Positions 42,509 to 53,318 of a DNA stretch of 64,000 bases are shown here, piece by piece (the first letter of the stretch is position 1; each line of letters begins with the position of its first letter). The translations under genes were made by a program, and so were the position numbers. The notes beneath the pieces are model-generated. The model did no database searches. It was not told where the DNA came from and saw nothing but the letters and a program-made list of their open reading frames with translations. The stretch covers positions 2,109-66,108 of the forward strand of contig JAWCRZ010000003.1 in assembly GCA_038868995.1 (NCBI GenBank). The letters are read 5' to 3'. This stretch comes from Candidatus Woesearchaeota archaeon (GTDB lineage Archaea > Nanobdellota > Nanobdellia > Woesearchaeales > ARS49).

Positions 42509-44758
42509 ATGCAAGATATTAAACTGAAAGTTGCAGAAGCTATACAGGACGACGTTAATAAGGGAATTGTTCGTGTAGACAGCAGTTTCATGCGCGAGAT
42601 AGATGTCCGTCCGGGTGATATTGTTGAAATTGAGGGCGCGCGCAAGACGGTCGCGATTGTTGACCGTGCCTATCCAGGGGATATAGGCCTTAATATTATC
42701 CGTATGGATGGTCTTGCAAGGAAGAACGCGCGTACTTCTATTGGAGAGCTTACTTCTGTGAGAAAAGCCAAGGTAGAGCCGGCCAAAAAAGTCATAATCG
42801 CTCCAGCGCGCGAGGGCATCGTTGTCCGCGCTTCTCCAATCTTGTTTAAGCAGAATTTGCTTGGCCGCGCTATGACAAAGGGTGACATTATTGCTTTGGG
42901 TGGCCCTAGAAAGCGCAGGAATTTTGATGACGTGTTCAATCTGCTGGAAGATCAAATGATGGCTGTTGGCTTTGGCGACTTGAAGTTTATTGTTGCCGAG
43001 ACCACTCCAAAGCAGCCGGTTATTGTAACCGAGCAGACCGAAGTTGTTCTTAATCCTGAAGCGATTGAAGTTAATGAGGAGGCTTTGCCAGGCGTTACTT
43101 ATGAAGACATTGGTGGCCTTCAGTCGGAGATTACCAAGATTCGTGAGATGATTGAGCTTCCCTTGAAGCATCCTGAGATTTTTGAGCGCTTGGGTGTTGA
43201 GCCGCCAAAGGGGGTTCTGCTTCATGGTCCGCCAGGAACAGGCAAGACATTGCTTGCAAAGGCGGTCGCAAACGAGACAAATGCGCATTTTATTCTGATT
43301 AATGGTCCTGAAATTATGTCAAAGTATTACGGCCAGTCAGAGGAAAACTTGAGGAAGAAGTTTGAGGAAGCTGAGAAAAACGCTCCTGCCATTATTTTTG
43401 TTGATGAAATTGACGCTATTGCTACAAAGCGTGAGGAGACAAAGGGAGAGGTTGAGCGTCGTGTTGTTGCGCAGCTTCTTGCATTGCTTGATGGTCTTAA
43501 GTCAAGGGGAAAAGTTGTCGTTATTGCCGCGACCAACGTGCCTAATATTCTTGACCCTGCTTTGCGCAGGCCTGGCAGGTTTGATAGAGAGCTTGAAATC
43601 GGTGTTCCAAACAAGGAGGGTCGTCTCAATATTCTGAAGATTCATACGAGGAATATGCCGTTGGCAAAGGATGTTAACCTGAAGGAGCTTGCTTCAGTCA
43701 CTCATGGTTTTGTGGGGGCTGATCTTGCTGCTCTGGCAAAGGAAGCTGCAATGATTGTGCTGCGTCGTGTGTTGCCCGATTTGAAATACGACAAGGATGA
43801 GCCTCTGCCTAAGGAAATTCTTGAAAAGCTGTTTATTTCAAAGAAGGATTTCCGTGATGCTTTGAAGGTTGTCAGGCCATCCGCTCTCCGCGAGGTGCTT
43901 GTTGAGATTCCGAATGTGAAATGGTCTGATATTGGCGGCCTTGAGGGGCCGAAGCAGGAGCTGAAGGAGGCGGTTGAATGGCCTTTGCAGCATCCTGACT
44001 CGTTCAAGCGGCTTGGCGTGAAGCCGCCAAAGGGCATCTTGCTGTACGGTCCGCCGGGCACTGGCAAGACAATGCTTGCGAAGGCTGTTGCGAATGAGAG
44101 CCAGGCGAATTTTATCTCAATTAAGGGTCCTGAGCTTCTTAGCAAGTGGGTCGGTGAGTCGGAGAAGGCGGTTCGTGAGGTTTTCAAGAAGGCAAGGCAG
44201 ACAGCTCCGACAATTATTTTCTTTGATGAGATTGATTCTTTGGCTCCGCGGCGCGGAATGAGCAGTGATACCAATGTGACCGAGCGGGTTGTTAATCAGT
44301 TGTTGACCGAGATTGATGGCCTTGAGGGTATGAATGACATTGTTATCGTTGGAGCCACCAATCGTCCCGATATGCTTGATACTGCTTTGCTTCGCCCTGG
44401 CAGGTTTGACCGCATTATTCTGCTGCCGTCTCCTGATTATGCCGCCCGCCTTGAAATCTTTAAGGTGCACACCAAGGGCATGCCTTTGAAAAATGTTGAT
44501 ATTGAGGAGCTTGCTCGCAGGACGGAAGGTTATGTTGGTGCTGACATAGAGGCGGTCTGCCGTGAAGCGGCAATTCTCGCCTTGCGCGAAAACATTGGCG
44601 CAAAGGAGGTGCTTATGGAGCATTTTGAGGAAGCGATGAAGAAAGTGCATGCTTCCGTTACCAAGGATGTTGAAAAGATGTATGTTGACTTGCAGGAGCG
44701 TTTCAGGGGCGCACGTGCCAAGGAAATGAAGCAGGAGCTGCCGATTTATTTCGGTTAG
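42509..44758 (+). CDS. cdc48: CDC48/VCP-like AAA+ ATPase
   Basis: 749 aa. It has an N-domain and two AAA modules, each with GPPGTGKT Walker A and DEID Walker B motifs. SRH regions are present. Confidence 0.95.
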   Translation: MQDIKLKVAEAIQDDVNKGIVRVDSSFMREIDVRPGDIVEIEGARKTVAIVDRAYPGDIGLNIIRMDGLARKNARTSIGELTSVRKAKVEPAKKVIIAPAREGIVVRASPILFKQNLLGRAMTKGDIIALGGPRKRRNFDDVFNLLEDQMMAVGFGDLKFIVAETTPKQPVIVTEQTEVVLNPEAIEVNEEALPGVTYEDIGGLQSEITKIREMIELPLKHPEIFERLGVEPPKGVLLHGPPGTGKTLLAKAVANETNAHFILINGPEIMSKYYGQSEENLRKKFEEAEKNAPAIIFVDEIDAIATKREETKGEVERRVVAQLLALLDGLKSRGKVVVIAATNVPNILDPALRRPGRFDRELEIGVPNKEGRLNILKIHTRNMPLAKDVNLKELASVTHGFVGADLAALAKEAAMIVLRRVLPDLKYDKDEPLPKEILEKLFISKKDFRDALKVVRPSALREVLVEIPNVKWSDIGGLEGPKQELKEAVEWPLQHPDSFKRLGVKPPKGILLYGPPGTGKTMLAKAVANESQANFISIKGPELLSKWVGESEKAVREVFKKARQTAPTIIFFDEIDSLAPRRGMSSDTNVTERVVNQLLTEIDGLEGMNDIVIVGATNRPDMLDTALLRPGRFDRIILLPSPDYAARLEIFKVHTKGMPLKNVDIEELARRTEGYVGADIEAVCREAAILALRENIGAKEVLMEHFEEAMKKVHASVTKDVEKMYVDLQERFRGARAKEMKQELPIYFG

Positions 44759-44789
44759 TTTTTATATCTCTTCTTTTCTCCCGTTCACA

Positions 44790-46298
44790 ATGGTCTCACA
44801 TTTGATTGCTGATTTGCAGAAATTTGACGAGGCGCTCTCGCGTGAGCATTATCTGAATAGTTCTGGTCAGAAGGATGAGCTTGAAAGCTCCAAGATTTAC
44901 AGACGGTTCAAGCATTTGTTCTCAAAGGAGCATATTGCTGAGGCATACAAAAACATTTCGAACAAGCAGGGACGTCTGCTCTGGGATGCTTTTGTAGGTA
45001 ATTTTATCGGCAATCAGCTGAAGGGCATTTCTGACAAGTCAAATTCTTACGAGGCGGCAGCCATGATAGATGTTAACGGCCAGCAGGTTCCTTTCAGGCA
45101 GGTTTCAATGCTTGTAATGAACGAAGACATCAGGGAAAAGCGCAAGATGCTGTATGATGCCGCCAGGCCGGTCAAGAAAAAGTTGACTTCTTTTGAAAAG
45201 CGTTCGTGGAAAAAAGTGTACCAGCTCGTTCAGGAACTTTCTGGCAAGTCGTATGTTGATTATCTTTCATTTGTGAAAGACGTGAATTATGATGGCCTCA
45301 GTGTTCAGTTGCGTGATTTTCTTGTTAAAACAGAAGAATTGCACAAGTCGCAGATGGAGAAGAATATGGCATCTATTGGTGTTCGCCTTAAGGATGCGCA
45401 GCCATATGATTATGCATATTTTGCACGTGCAAAGCCGTTTGACGCTTTTTTCAAGAAGGAAAAGCTGGTTGAAACTGCGAAAAACTTCTGGAAAGACATT
45501 GGTTTTGATATCGACAATCAGAATAACGTCGTTGTTGATGTTGAGGAGCGTCCAAAGAAGGTGCCGCGTGCTTTCTGCATGCCTGTCAGAGTTCCTGAAG
45601 AGGTTATCCTTGTTATCAAGCCGCAGGGCGGCCAGGATGACTATCAGGCATTCTTCCACGAGTCAGGTCATACCGAGCATTTTGCCAATACTGATGCAAA
45701 TCTGCCGTATGAGTTCAGGAATCTTGGCGACCATAGCGTATCAGAAAGTTATGCTTTTCTGATAGAGTATCTGCTTGCCAACACTTTATTCCTGCAGAAA
45801 TATCTTGGCATGTCTGAAGTTGACGCAAAAAGATTCTCCCAGTTTATCATGGAACAGAAATTGCAGGCATTCCGACGATATGCTGCAAAAGTTCTGTATG
45901 AGCTCAAGCTCCACAGAAATGATTTGACAAAACTTGACGATAACTTCCAGCCGGAGAGCGGAAAATATTCTTCTTCTGCAAAAATGTATGTTGATATTCT
46001 TACAAAAGCAACCAAAATCAATTACAAGCCTGATAGTTATTTGCTTGATGTTGATTCCGGTCTTTATGCTGCTGACTATTGCCGCGCCTGGATGTTTGAG
46101 GTGATGATTCGTAAAAAACTTGAGGAAAAGTTTGGAAAGGATTGGTTTGGGAAACCTGAAGCAGGCGTCTTCTTGAAGGAAATGTGGCGGTGGGGCAGTT
46201 CTGGAAAGAGCGTGAACGAGCTTGCGAATATGATTGGGTACGATAAGGTTGACATTTCTTATATAACGCAAGACTTTATTGACTTCTTTAAGCAGTAA
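44790..46298 (+). CDS. putative zinc metallopeptidase (M3/oligoendopeptidase-like)
   Basis: 502 aa. It has an HExxH motif (FFHESGHTEHF) with a downstream Glu (SVSESYAF). Confidence 0.5.
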   Translation: MVSHLIADLQKFDEALSREHYLNSSGQKDELESSKIYRRFKHLFSKEHIAEAYKNISNKQGRLLWDAFVGNFIGNQLKGISDKSNSYEAAAMIDVNGQQVPFRQVSMLVMNEDIREKRKMLYDAARPVKKKLTSFEKRSWKKVYQLVQELSGKSYVDYLSFVKDVNYDGLSVQLRDFLVKTEELHKSQMEKNMASIGVRLKDAQPYDYAYFARAKPFDAFFKKEKLVETAKNFWKDIGFDIDNQNNVVVDVEERPKKVPRAFCMPVRVPEEVILVIKPQGGQDDYQAFFHESGHTEHFANTDANLPYEFRNLGDHSVSESYAFLIEYLLANTLFLQKYLGMSEVDAKRFSQFIMEQKLQAFRRYAAKVLYELKLHRNDLTKLDDNFQPESGKYSSSAKMYVDILTKATKINYKPDSYLLDVDSGLYAADYCRAWMFEVMIRKKLEEKFGKDWFGKPEAGVFLKEMWRWGSSGKSVNELANMIGYDKVDISYITQDFIDFFKQ

Positions 46299-46330
46299 AT
46301 TTTTAAACCGTTGTCTTTCTTAGTAAGTCG

Positions 46331-47602
46331 ATGAAACCAAAAGCAGGCGACAGGGTAAAGCTTACAACTTCTGACGGTGAATTTGAGGGTATCTTATTGC
46401 CAAGGCCTGAGCTTTTGTCTCAGGACATTACTGTTCTCAAGCTTAAAACCGGCTATAATATAGGAATTGAGTCTAGGAAAATTAATAAAACTGAGATATT
46501 GGAAGCGTACAAAGCTCCGGTTGCAAAGGCAAGAAAATTAAAGCCAAATCCCGACTTGCCAACTGTTGCAATTCTCTCAACTGGTGGCACTATTTCATCA
46601 CGTGTTGATTACCGCACTGGTGGCGTTTATGCGGACTATGCTGCTGAAGATTTTGTTGCGATGTGTCCCGAACTTGAAGGCATTGCCAACATCAGGGCAG
46701 CGAAAGTGATGAGCGTTATGTCCGAGGACGCCATGTCTTCCGACTGGGTGCGTATGGCAGAGGAAATTCTCAATGTTATCAAGGATGTTGATGGCATTGT
46801 TATCACTCACGGCACTGACACTATGCACTTCACCAGTGCTGCATTGTCTTTTATCCTCAAAGACCTGAACAAGCCGGTTGTCATTACCGGCGCCCAGCGT
46901 TCCATTGACCGTGGCTCTTCTGATGCTTTCATGAATCTCACTTGTGCAGTTATTGCTGCTGCAAAATGGGATGGTGCGGGTGTAGTAATCTGCATGCATG
47001 GCACCATGTCTGATGATTTTTGCAATCTGACGCGCGGTACAAAAGTCAGGAAGATGCACACATCAAGGCGCGATGCCTTCCGCGCGATTAATGATGAGCC
47101 GTTGGCAAAGATATTCACTGATGGAAGAATCGAAATCACAAATGAGGATTATCAGAAACGTTTCAAAGCTGCGCCGTCTATCCGTAAACTTGACCCGAAA
47201 GTTGCTTTGGTCTATTCTTATCCTGACATGGACCCTGGAATTATCGAATATTTTGTCAAGCAGAAAGTGCACGGTATGGTGCTGGTGGGCACCGGTCTTG
47301 GCCATGTTCCAACAAACAATCCGAAATCTCTTGAGCCGGCTTTGAAAAAGGCAGCGAAAGCCGGAATTAAAGTTTGTGTTTGTGCGCAGACATTGTATGG
47401 CCGTGTTCACCCTTATGTCTATGCAAACCTGCGAAAGCTAAGTATTGGCATTGGTGCGATTTATCTTGCTGATATGCTTCCTGAAGTTGCTTATGTCAAG
47501 TTAATGGTTGCATTAAAGCAGAAAAATCCAGAAGAATTCATGTTAACAAACATTGCAGGGGAAATCAGCAGTCGGGAAGTCGATGACTGCTTCCTGAGAT
47601 GA
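46331..47602 (+). CDS. gatD: Glu-tRNA(Gln) amidotransferase subunit D
   Basis: It has an N-terminal beta-barrel-like domain followed by an asparaginase fold, with ILSTGGTISS and HGTDTM motifs. Confidence 0.9.
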   Translation: MKPKAGDRVKLTTSDGEFEGILLPRPELLSQDITVLKLKTGYNIGIESRKINKTEILEAYKAPVAKARKLKPNPDLPTVAILSTGGTISSRVDYRTGGVYADYAAEDFVAMCPELEGIANIRAAKVMSVMSEDAMSSDWVRMAEEILNVIKDVDGIVITHGTDTMHFTSAALSFILKDLNKPVVITGAQRSIDRGSSDAFMNLTCAVIAAAKWDGAGVVICMHGTMSDDFCNLTRGTKVRKMHTSRRDAFRAINDEPLAKIFTDGRIEITNEDYQKRFKAAPSIRKLDPKVALVYSYPDMDPGIIEYFVKQKVHGMVLVGTGLGHVPTNNPKSLEPALKKAAKAGIKVCVCAQTLYGRVHPYVYANLRKLSIGIGAIYLADMLPEVAYVKLMVALKQKNPEEFMLTNIAGEISSREVDDCFLR

Positions 47603-47826
47603 AGCCAATACAAGATGTGCTTAACCGGATTAAGTGGGATAAGAAGCTCAAGCCAGGTGATTATACTATAGAATATCTTGACTTTGGCAAGCTCAAGGCA
47701 ATGGCATATACTGATATCAAAAGAATTGAAGAGGGCTTTATGATTGTCGGGGCAGACGAAGCGCATATTCCCCTGCACAGAGTCAGAATAGTGAGAAAAA
47801 AAGGAGAAATTGTATGGCAAAGATAA
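47599..47826 (+). CDS. DUF504/UPF0248 family small protein
   Basis: 75 aa. It has NRIKWD and the C-terminal IPLHRVRIVRKKGEIVWQR signature. It overlaps gatD (ATGA) and gatE (13 nt). Confidence 0.65.
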   Translation: MKPIQDVLNRIKWDKKLKPGDYTIEYLDFGKLKAMAYTDIKRIEEGFMIVGADEAHIPLHRVRIVRKKGEIVWQR

Positions 47827-49628
47827 AGTGCGGTTTGGAAATCCACCAGCAGCTTGATACGAAAAAGCTGTTTTGTGAATGTGATTCTGTTATTCAGGAG
47901 AATAATCCGCTTTACACAATTATGCGCAAGCTCCGTGCAGTTGTTGGTGAAACAGGGGAGGTTGATGTTGCTGCTGCTCAGGAGGCAATGAAAGGCAAAA
48001 AGTATTTGTATGAGGGCTATGACGAAAACTGCTGTCTGATTGAGCTTGACGAAGAGCCGCCGCGTGGTTTGAGGAGCGAAGCTTTAACTGCCGCAATACA
48101 AGTCGCAAAACTCTTCAAGGCAAAATTTGTTGATGAAGTTCAGGTAATGCGCAAGACGGTTGTTGACGGTTCAAACACTTCTGGCTTTCAAAGGACTGCA
48201 TTGGTTGCGTATAATGGCAAGATTGACTCAACGCTTGGCATTGTCTCAATTCCTTCTATTATTGTGGAAGAAGACAGTTGCAGGATTATCAACGATGAGC
48301 CGGACCAGTCAACATTCCGTCTTGACCGTCTTGGAATTCCATTGCTTGAAATCTCGACTGCGCCTGACATTGTTTCTCCTGGGCACGCGCAGGAGGTTGC
48401 AGAAAAGATTGGCCTTTTGTTGAGAAGCACTGGTAAGGTCAAGCGCGGTCTGGGCACTATCCGTCAGGACCTTAATGTCTCGATTGAGGATGGCGAGCGT
48501 GTTGAGATCAAGGGCGCTCAAGATCTTAAGTTGATTCCAAAGCTGGTCGAGCTTGAAGCGCTTCGCCAGCAGAACCTGCTTGATATCAAAAAAGAGCTTG
48601 AAAAGCGCAATGTGCGTGATGTAATCGCGCAAATTATGGATTGCACCAGGTTATTGATAAATTCCAAGGCCAAAATCATTCAGTCGACAATTGCAAAAGG
48701 TGGTGTTGTTCTTGGCATTAAGCTTTCAGAGTTTAAGGGGCTTATTGGAAAAGAAGTCCAGCCCGGCAGGCGTCTCGGCACTGAGTTTTCTGACCGTGCC
48801 AGGGTTGCTGCTGGTGTAGGCGGTATTTTCCACAGTGATGAGTTGCCCAATTATGGCATCCTGCCAGATGAAGTTGATAAAATTGCTAAGCATCTTGACT
48901 GCGGTGCTCGTGACGCCTTTGTTCTTGTTGCAGATATGAAGTCAAAGGCAGAGCGTGCTTTGCAGGCCGTTATTGTGCGTGCAAAGGATGCATTGCATGG
49001 TGTTCCAAAGGAGGTTCGCCGTGCAAATGATGACGGCACAACTGCTTTTATGCGTCCGATGCCCGGCGCTGCAAGAATGTATCCTGAAACTGATGTTCTT
49101 CCTATTCGTTTGACAAAGAAAATGATTGATGAGGTTGAGCTTCCAGAGCTTATTGAGCACCGAATTGCCAGATATGAAAAGCTCGGTCTTGGTCATGACC
49201 TTGCAGAGCTGACTGCAAAGTCAGACCGTTCTGCATTGTTTGATGACTTTGTCAAGTCGTTCAAAGGGCTGAAGCCGGCGTATATTGCAGAGCTTTTGAT
49301 GACTGCGGAGCGCACCATCAAGCGCCAGTTTGGCATTGAAATCTGTCCTTCAGACGAGGATTATTGCGCTATTTTGCAGGCGCTTGAGCATGAAGAAATC
49401 TCAAAAGAAAGCATTCTTGAAATATTAAAGGAAAAAAAGCCGGTCAGGGATATTCTTCACAAGTACCGTTTGATGTCCGAGGGAGAATTATTGCGAGCCC
49501 TTACACGGATTGTTGAGAACAATAAGGGATTGCCATTTAATGCTTTGATTGGCAAAGCCATGGCAGAGCTGAGAGGCAAAGCTTCAGGCCAGAAGATTGT
49601 GGAACTTCTCAAAAAACTAGCGCGTTAA
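47814..49628 (+). CDS. gatE: Glu-tRNA(Gln) amidotransferase subunit E
   Basis: The N-terminus reads KCGLEIHQQL and the architecture is GatB/E-like. Length is 604 aa. Confidence 0.9.
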   Translation: MAKIKCGLEIHQQLDTKKLFCECDSVIQENNPLYTIMRKLRAVVGETGEVDVAAAQEAMKGKKYLYEGYDENCCLIELDEEPPRGLRSEALTAAIQVAKLFKAKFVDEVQVMRKTVVDGSNTSGFQRTALVAYNGKIDSTLGIVSIPSIIVEEDSCRIINDEPDQSTFRLDRLGIPLLEISTAPDIVSPGHAQEVAEKIGLLLRSTGKVKRGLGTIRQDLNVSIEDGERVEIKGAQDLKLIPKLVELEALRQQNLLDIKKELEKRNVRDVIAQIMDCTRLLINSKAKIIQSTIAKGGVVLGIKLSEFKGLIGKEVQPGRRLGTEFSDRARVAAGVGGIFHSDELPNYGILPDEVDKIAKHLDCGARDAFVLVADMKSKAERALQAVIVRAKDALHGVPKEVRRANDDGTTAFMRPMPGAARMYPETDVLPIRLTKKMIDEVELPELIEHRIARYEKLGLGHDLAELTAKSDRSALFDDFVKSFKGLKPAYIAELLMTAERTIKRQFGIEICPSDEDYCAILQALEHEEISKESILEILKEKKPVRDILHKYRLMSEGELLRALTRIVENNKGLPFNALIGKAMAELRGKASGQKIVELLKKLAR

Positions 49629-50303
49629 TTTTGAATGTTTCTCATCCTGCTCGAAATAATGCGCTTTTTCTGCTTTTTTGCGCGTTAGCCGCAGTATAAT
49701 CATGATGAACATTCCCGCCAGTATGCCTATTGTGTTAAATATGAAGTCCCACCCCTCGTTTATCCATCCGCCGCCAAGCGCGTCTATCAAGTCGCTTCCT
49801 TCTTTGCCTTCAATTCCATCCCCGGGTCCGAACTGGAATGTGCCTTCTCCGAATCCGAGCTGTAAATAGCCGATGAATTCTGAAATCTCAACCACTGCTC
49901 CCACTCCGGTTGCCGCCAAAAACACCGCCATCCACAGGAGCAGGTTTTTCTTTGTGCAGAACTGGGAGTCCATCCATTGTCCAAAGAAACGTGAGAACAG
50001 AAGTGCAAATGGCAGCGCTCCGAAGAAGTGTGTCAAATGGTCCCATTGTATTGGCACTGGCGAAATGTGATACCATCCAAAAATGCCGCCAGCGTGCAGG
50101 ATGTGCCCGATTATCAGGAGCGTGAATATAGGCATGTTCATTCTGAACAAGTTATATGTCCATCTGTAAAACAGCGTTAAAATGATGAACGTTGCCAAGT
50201 CAGGAATAAAGCCGTATACCCCGTTTATCAGCGCCAGGGGTATCATGAGTATGAAAATTAGCACGCTGATTATTGTCAGTGCATTAAGGTAGCTGTCCCC
50301 CAT
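49617..50303 (-). CDS. multi-TM membrane protein, unknown function
   Basis: It has hydrophobic helices throughout. The start is trimmed to the ATG at 50303 (MGDSYLN), because the track start at 50552 would overlap the divergent GT2 gene by 176 nt. Confidence 0.45.
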   Translation of the reverse strand: MGDSYLNALTIISVLIFILMIPLALINGVYGFIPDLATFIILTLFYRWTYNLFRMNMPIFTLLIIGHILHAGGIFGWYHISPVPIQWDHLTHFFGALPFALLFSRFFGQWMDSQFCTKKNLLLWMAVFLAATGVGAVVEISEFIGYLQLGFGEGTFQFGPGDGIEGKEGSDLIDALGGGWINEGWDFIFNTIGILAGMFIMIILRLTRKKAEKAHYFEQDEKHSKLTR

Positions 50304-50376
50304 AAGTGAAAATGGCTGGTTATTGTATATATAATTAGCGTAACCTTTATAAGGAGTTGTAAGGTATTTTTCCTTT

Positions 50377-51609
50377 ATGTTGCAGTACATAATATGGGGT
50401 ATTTCCTTTGTGACCCTTTGGCTGATATTAATCTGGCTGAACTTTTTGTACGCAAAGCCGGCTAAAAACAAGCTTGGGAAACTGCCGAAAATAACTTTTG
50501 GCATTCCTGCCCACAATGAAGAATCCACAATTCTCAAGGCAGTTAAATCCATTCTTGCCGCTGATTATCCTTTGGAGAAAAAGGAGATTATTGTGGTTGA
50601 TGACGGCTCCATTGACAATACTGCTTCTGTTGTTAAGGCATTTGCTGCAAAAAATCCTGCGGTTAGACTTATAATGAAGAAAAAGGGAGGTAAGGCCTCT
50701 GCTTTGAACGCGGCACTTGACAGCGCATCTGGTGAGTTTTTTGCTGTTGTCGATGCCGATAGCCGGATTTCTTTTAACAGCATTAAAAAGTCATTGGCTC
50801 ATTTTTCAGTTAAATCAGTTGGTGCTGTTATCAGCCGTGTTCGTGTTGACAATCCAAGGAACTTTTTGGAGCGCATTCAGCGGTTTGAGTACATTATGTC
50901 AAGCATGATTCGGAAGATTATGTGCAATTTTGGCACTTTGTATATGACTCCTGGTGTTTTGTCAATCTACCGCACTTCAGTCCTTAAAAAACTTGGCGGC
51001 TTTACTCGTGATCCTAAAAACTTGACTGAGGACCTTGAGATTGCGATGCGCCTGAAACATAACGGTTATGATATCCGTATGGAGAAGGAAAGCATTACGT
51101 ACACCCATGTTCCAGATTCCCTGTCAGGGTTGTGGAATCAGCGGATGCGATGGGCGAGAGGATACATTTACAATCATATCAAGTACAAGGACATGTTCTT
51201 TTCAAGCAAACACGGTATGTATGGTTTGTTCCAGATGCCGTTGAACGTGCTTGCCGTAATTTTGCTTATTGCAAACATCGGAATCATCGCTTATGACTTG
51301 TTGAACAGGTCTTTTGATTTCATCTTTAGAAGCATTACGATTCCTGATTATTTCTGGACAACAATTACCGACTGGCCTTCGGTGAAGGAGTTTGTTCTTG
51401 GTCATAACATTCAGGTGTATCTTCCAATTATGATTGCTTTTGTTTTGGGAATTTATTTGATTGTTTTCTCCCATCGTTTTTTCCATGAGAGGTTCAGAAG
51501 CCAGATTGCTCCATTGCTCGCTTATGTTGTTGTCATGCCTTATTTCTCTACAGTTAATTGGGTGTCTTCTATCGTACAGGAAGTTGCCCGTTCAAAGCGT
51601 AAGTGGTAA
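50377..51609 (+). CDS. membrane glycosyltransferase family 2 (processive, IcaA/cellulose-synthase-like)
   Basis: It has the VVDDGSID and VVDAD (DxD) motifs and Q-R-x-RW (NQRMRWARG), with flanking TM helices. Confidence 0.8.
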   Translation: MLQYIIWGISFVTLWLILIWLNFLYAKPAKNKLGKLPKITFGIPAHNEESTILKAVKSILAADYPLEKKEIIVVDDGSIDNTASVVKAFAAKNPAVRLIMKKKGGKASALNAALDSASGEFFAVVDADSRISFNSIKKSLAHFSVKSVGAVISRVRVDNPRNFLERIQRFEYIMSSMIRKIMCNFGTLYMTPGVLSIYRTSVLKKLGGFTRDPKNLTEDLEIAMRLKHNGYDIRMEKESITYTHVPDSLSGLWNQRMRWARGYIYNHIKYKDMFFSSKHGMYGLFQMPLNVLAVILLIANIGIIAYDLLNRSFDFIFRSITIPDYFWTTITDWPSVKEFVLGHNIQVYLPIMIAFVLGIYLIVFSHRFFHERFRSQIAPLLAYVVVMPYFSTVNWVSSIVQEVARSKRKW

Positions 51610-51610
51610 G

Positions 51611-51685
51611 CGCGCCGGGGAGGATTTGAACCCCCGATCTTCGGTTTAGGAAACCGCTGCTCTATCCAAGCTGAGCTACCGGCGC
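51611..51685 (-). tRNA. tRNA-Arg (anticodon CCU)
   Basis: Acceptor GCGCCGG/CCGGCGC, D arm GCTC-AGCTTGGATA-GAGC, anticodon loop TTCCTAA, T arm GGGGG-TTCAAAT-CCTCC, discriminator G. Confidence 0.9.
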
Positions 51686-51739
51686 ATGGTTTTGTCGCTT
51701 CTAGAAGATTATTTAAACTTTTACAATCGCCGTCGGTTT

Positions 51740-52663
51740 ATGTATGTCATAAAGCACCTTCCAGAGGACTTTGTAGTTGAGGAAGTCAGCACGGTCAAGC
51801 CGTCTTCCGGCTCTTTTGCGTACGTGAATGTCTGGAAGCGTGGCATTGCAACGCTTGAAGCAATGCAGAAGATTGCTGTTGCGTTGAATCTGCCCTTAAG
51901 GGAAATTTCCTGTGCTGGAAACAAGGACAAGAGGGCAGTGACTGAGCAGGTTATGGGCATTCATAATGTCTCTAAATATCGTATTGAACAGCTTTCTTTC
52001 ATTAACATGAAGCTTGCATTCCTTGGCTATGGTCCTGAGCCGGTGCATTTGGGCGACTTGGAGGGCAACAAGTTCAAAATCACAGTGAGAAATATTGACA
52101 AGCTTCCCAAAATCTCTGCAAGATTCCGCAATCTGTTTGGAGAGCAGCGTTTCAGCACTAGAAATGCAGAGATTGGAAAACTGTTGGTTAAACGCGATTT
52201 CGAGAAAGCCGCTTTGCTGATGGCAAAGCTTCACCCTGGAATTAAAAGAATCTATGCTCACCTTGACCGGCGTGATTATATTGGTGCATTGCGCTGCCTG
52301 CCGAGGAAATTGCTGCTGTTGTTCGTGCATGCCTATCAGAGCATGCTTTGGAACAGGGCAGCAATGCAGTCAAATGAGGAAGTTCTGCCGATTGTGGGCT
52401 TTGGTTCTGTTGTTTCTGATAATGTCACAAAAAAAATTCTTGCTGAGGAAAATCTGAAGCCATCTGATTTTGTTATTCGTGAATTGCCTGAAATAAGCGC
52501 TGAGGGTTCTGAACGGAATGTTTGGTCTGAGGCGAAGGACTTGAAAGTTGGCAAATTGGAGAAAGATGAATATTTTGAAGGCAAGTCAAAAGTGAAATTG
52601 GAATTTTTCCTGCCAAAGGGCAGTTATGCAACAGAGTTTATCCGTCAGAGCTTCGGGGTTTGA
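51740..52663 (+). CDS. truD: tRNA pseudouridine synthase D (TruD/Pus7 family)
   Basis: The ATG at 51740 gives MYVIKHLPEDFVVEE. The catalytic motif AGNKDKRAVTEQ is present. The track start (51686) abuts the tRNA. Confidence 0.8.
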   Translation: MYVIKHLPEDFVVEEVSTVKPSSGSFAYVNVWKRGIATLEAMQKIAVALNLPLREISCAGNKDKRAVTEQVMGIHNVSKYRIEQLSFINMKLAFLGYGPEPVHLGDLEGNKFKITVRNIDKLPKISARFRNLFGEQRFSTRNAEIGKLLVKRDFEKAALLMAKLHPGIKRIYAHLDRRDYIGALRCLPRKLLLLFVHAYQSMLWNRAAMQSNEEVLPIVGFGSVVSDNVTKKILAEENLKPSDFVIRELPEISAEGSERNVWSEAKDLKVGKLEKDEYFEGKSKVKLEFFLPKGSYATEFIRQSFGV

Positions 52664-52682
52664 GTTAAAATCGGTATGATTG

Positions 52683-53318
52683 CTATTCTTTGAATCGACT
52701 TTCTATTTCATCAATAATCCTGCATATTTCCTTGAAGACCGCGTTTATGCTTTTGTTGCCGTCTACACGCCTTACTATTTTTCTTGGCTTGTAATATTCA
52801 AGCAGCGGTTCTGTTTCGTCGTGATATTTTGCGAGCCGTTTTTTGATTGCTTCGGGCTTGTCGTCTTCGCGTTGTTCGAGTTTTCCTCCGCACCTGTTGC
52901 AGATTCCTTTTTTGCGAGGTGGGTTTTCAGTTCCGAATATTGCGTGGCATTGCGTGCATTCTCTTCTTTCTGACAGGCGTTTCACAGCTTCTGTGTCTGT
53001 TATGTCCAGCTCTATTACCAGGTCTATCTGCACTTTTTCGTCCAGCGCTTCTGCCTGCGCCAGTGTTCTTGGGAATCCGTCAAAAATGTTGCCTGTTTCG
53101 CTTAGGTGTCTTTCCACCATTTTGACTGCGAATTTGTCAGGAATGAATCCTCCCTTGTCGACGTGTTCCTTCATTTTGAGGATTTCCGGCTCTTTGTTGC
53201 GGATTCCTTCCCTGTATAATTGCCCTGTAGAAATGTGTTTCCAGCCGTATTTTTGTGCAAGCAGTTGTGCCTGTGTTCCCTTGCCGCTTCCTTGCGGCCC
53301 AATAAGGATAATGTTCAT
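52683..53318 (-). CDS. adk: adenylate kinase with Zn-binding lid
   Basis: The ATG at 53318 gives MNIILIGPQGSGKGTQAQ. The lid carries CTQC...CNRCGG. It overlaps the upstream gene by ATGA. Confidence 0.9.
   Translation of the reverse strand: MNIILIGPQGSGKGTQAQLLAQKYGWKHISTGQLYREGIRNKEPEILKMKEHVDKGGFIPDKFAVKMVERHLSETGNIFDGFPRTLAQAEALDEKVQIDLVIELDITDTEAVKRLSERRECTQCHAIFGTENPPRKKGICNRCGGKLEQREDDKPEAIKKRLAKYHDETEPLLEYYKPRKIVRRVDGNKSINAVFKEICRIIDEIESRFKE

Noticed and set aside
50304-50552. The track start of the 49617 membrane protein at 50552.
   Set aside because: It would overlap the divergent GT2 gene by 176 nt. The internal ATG at 50303 leaves a normal divergent promoter spacer with a TATA-like box.
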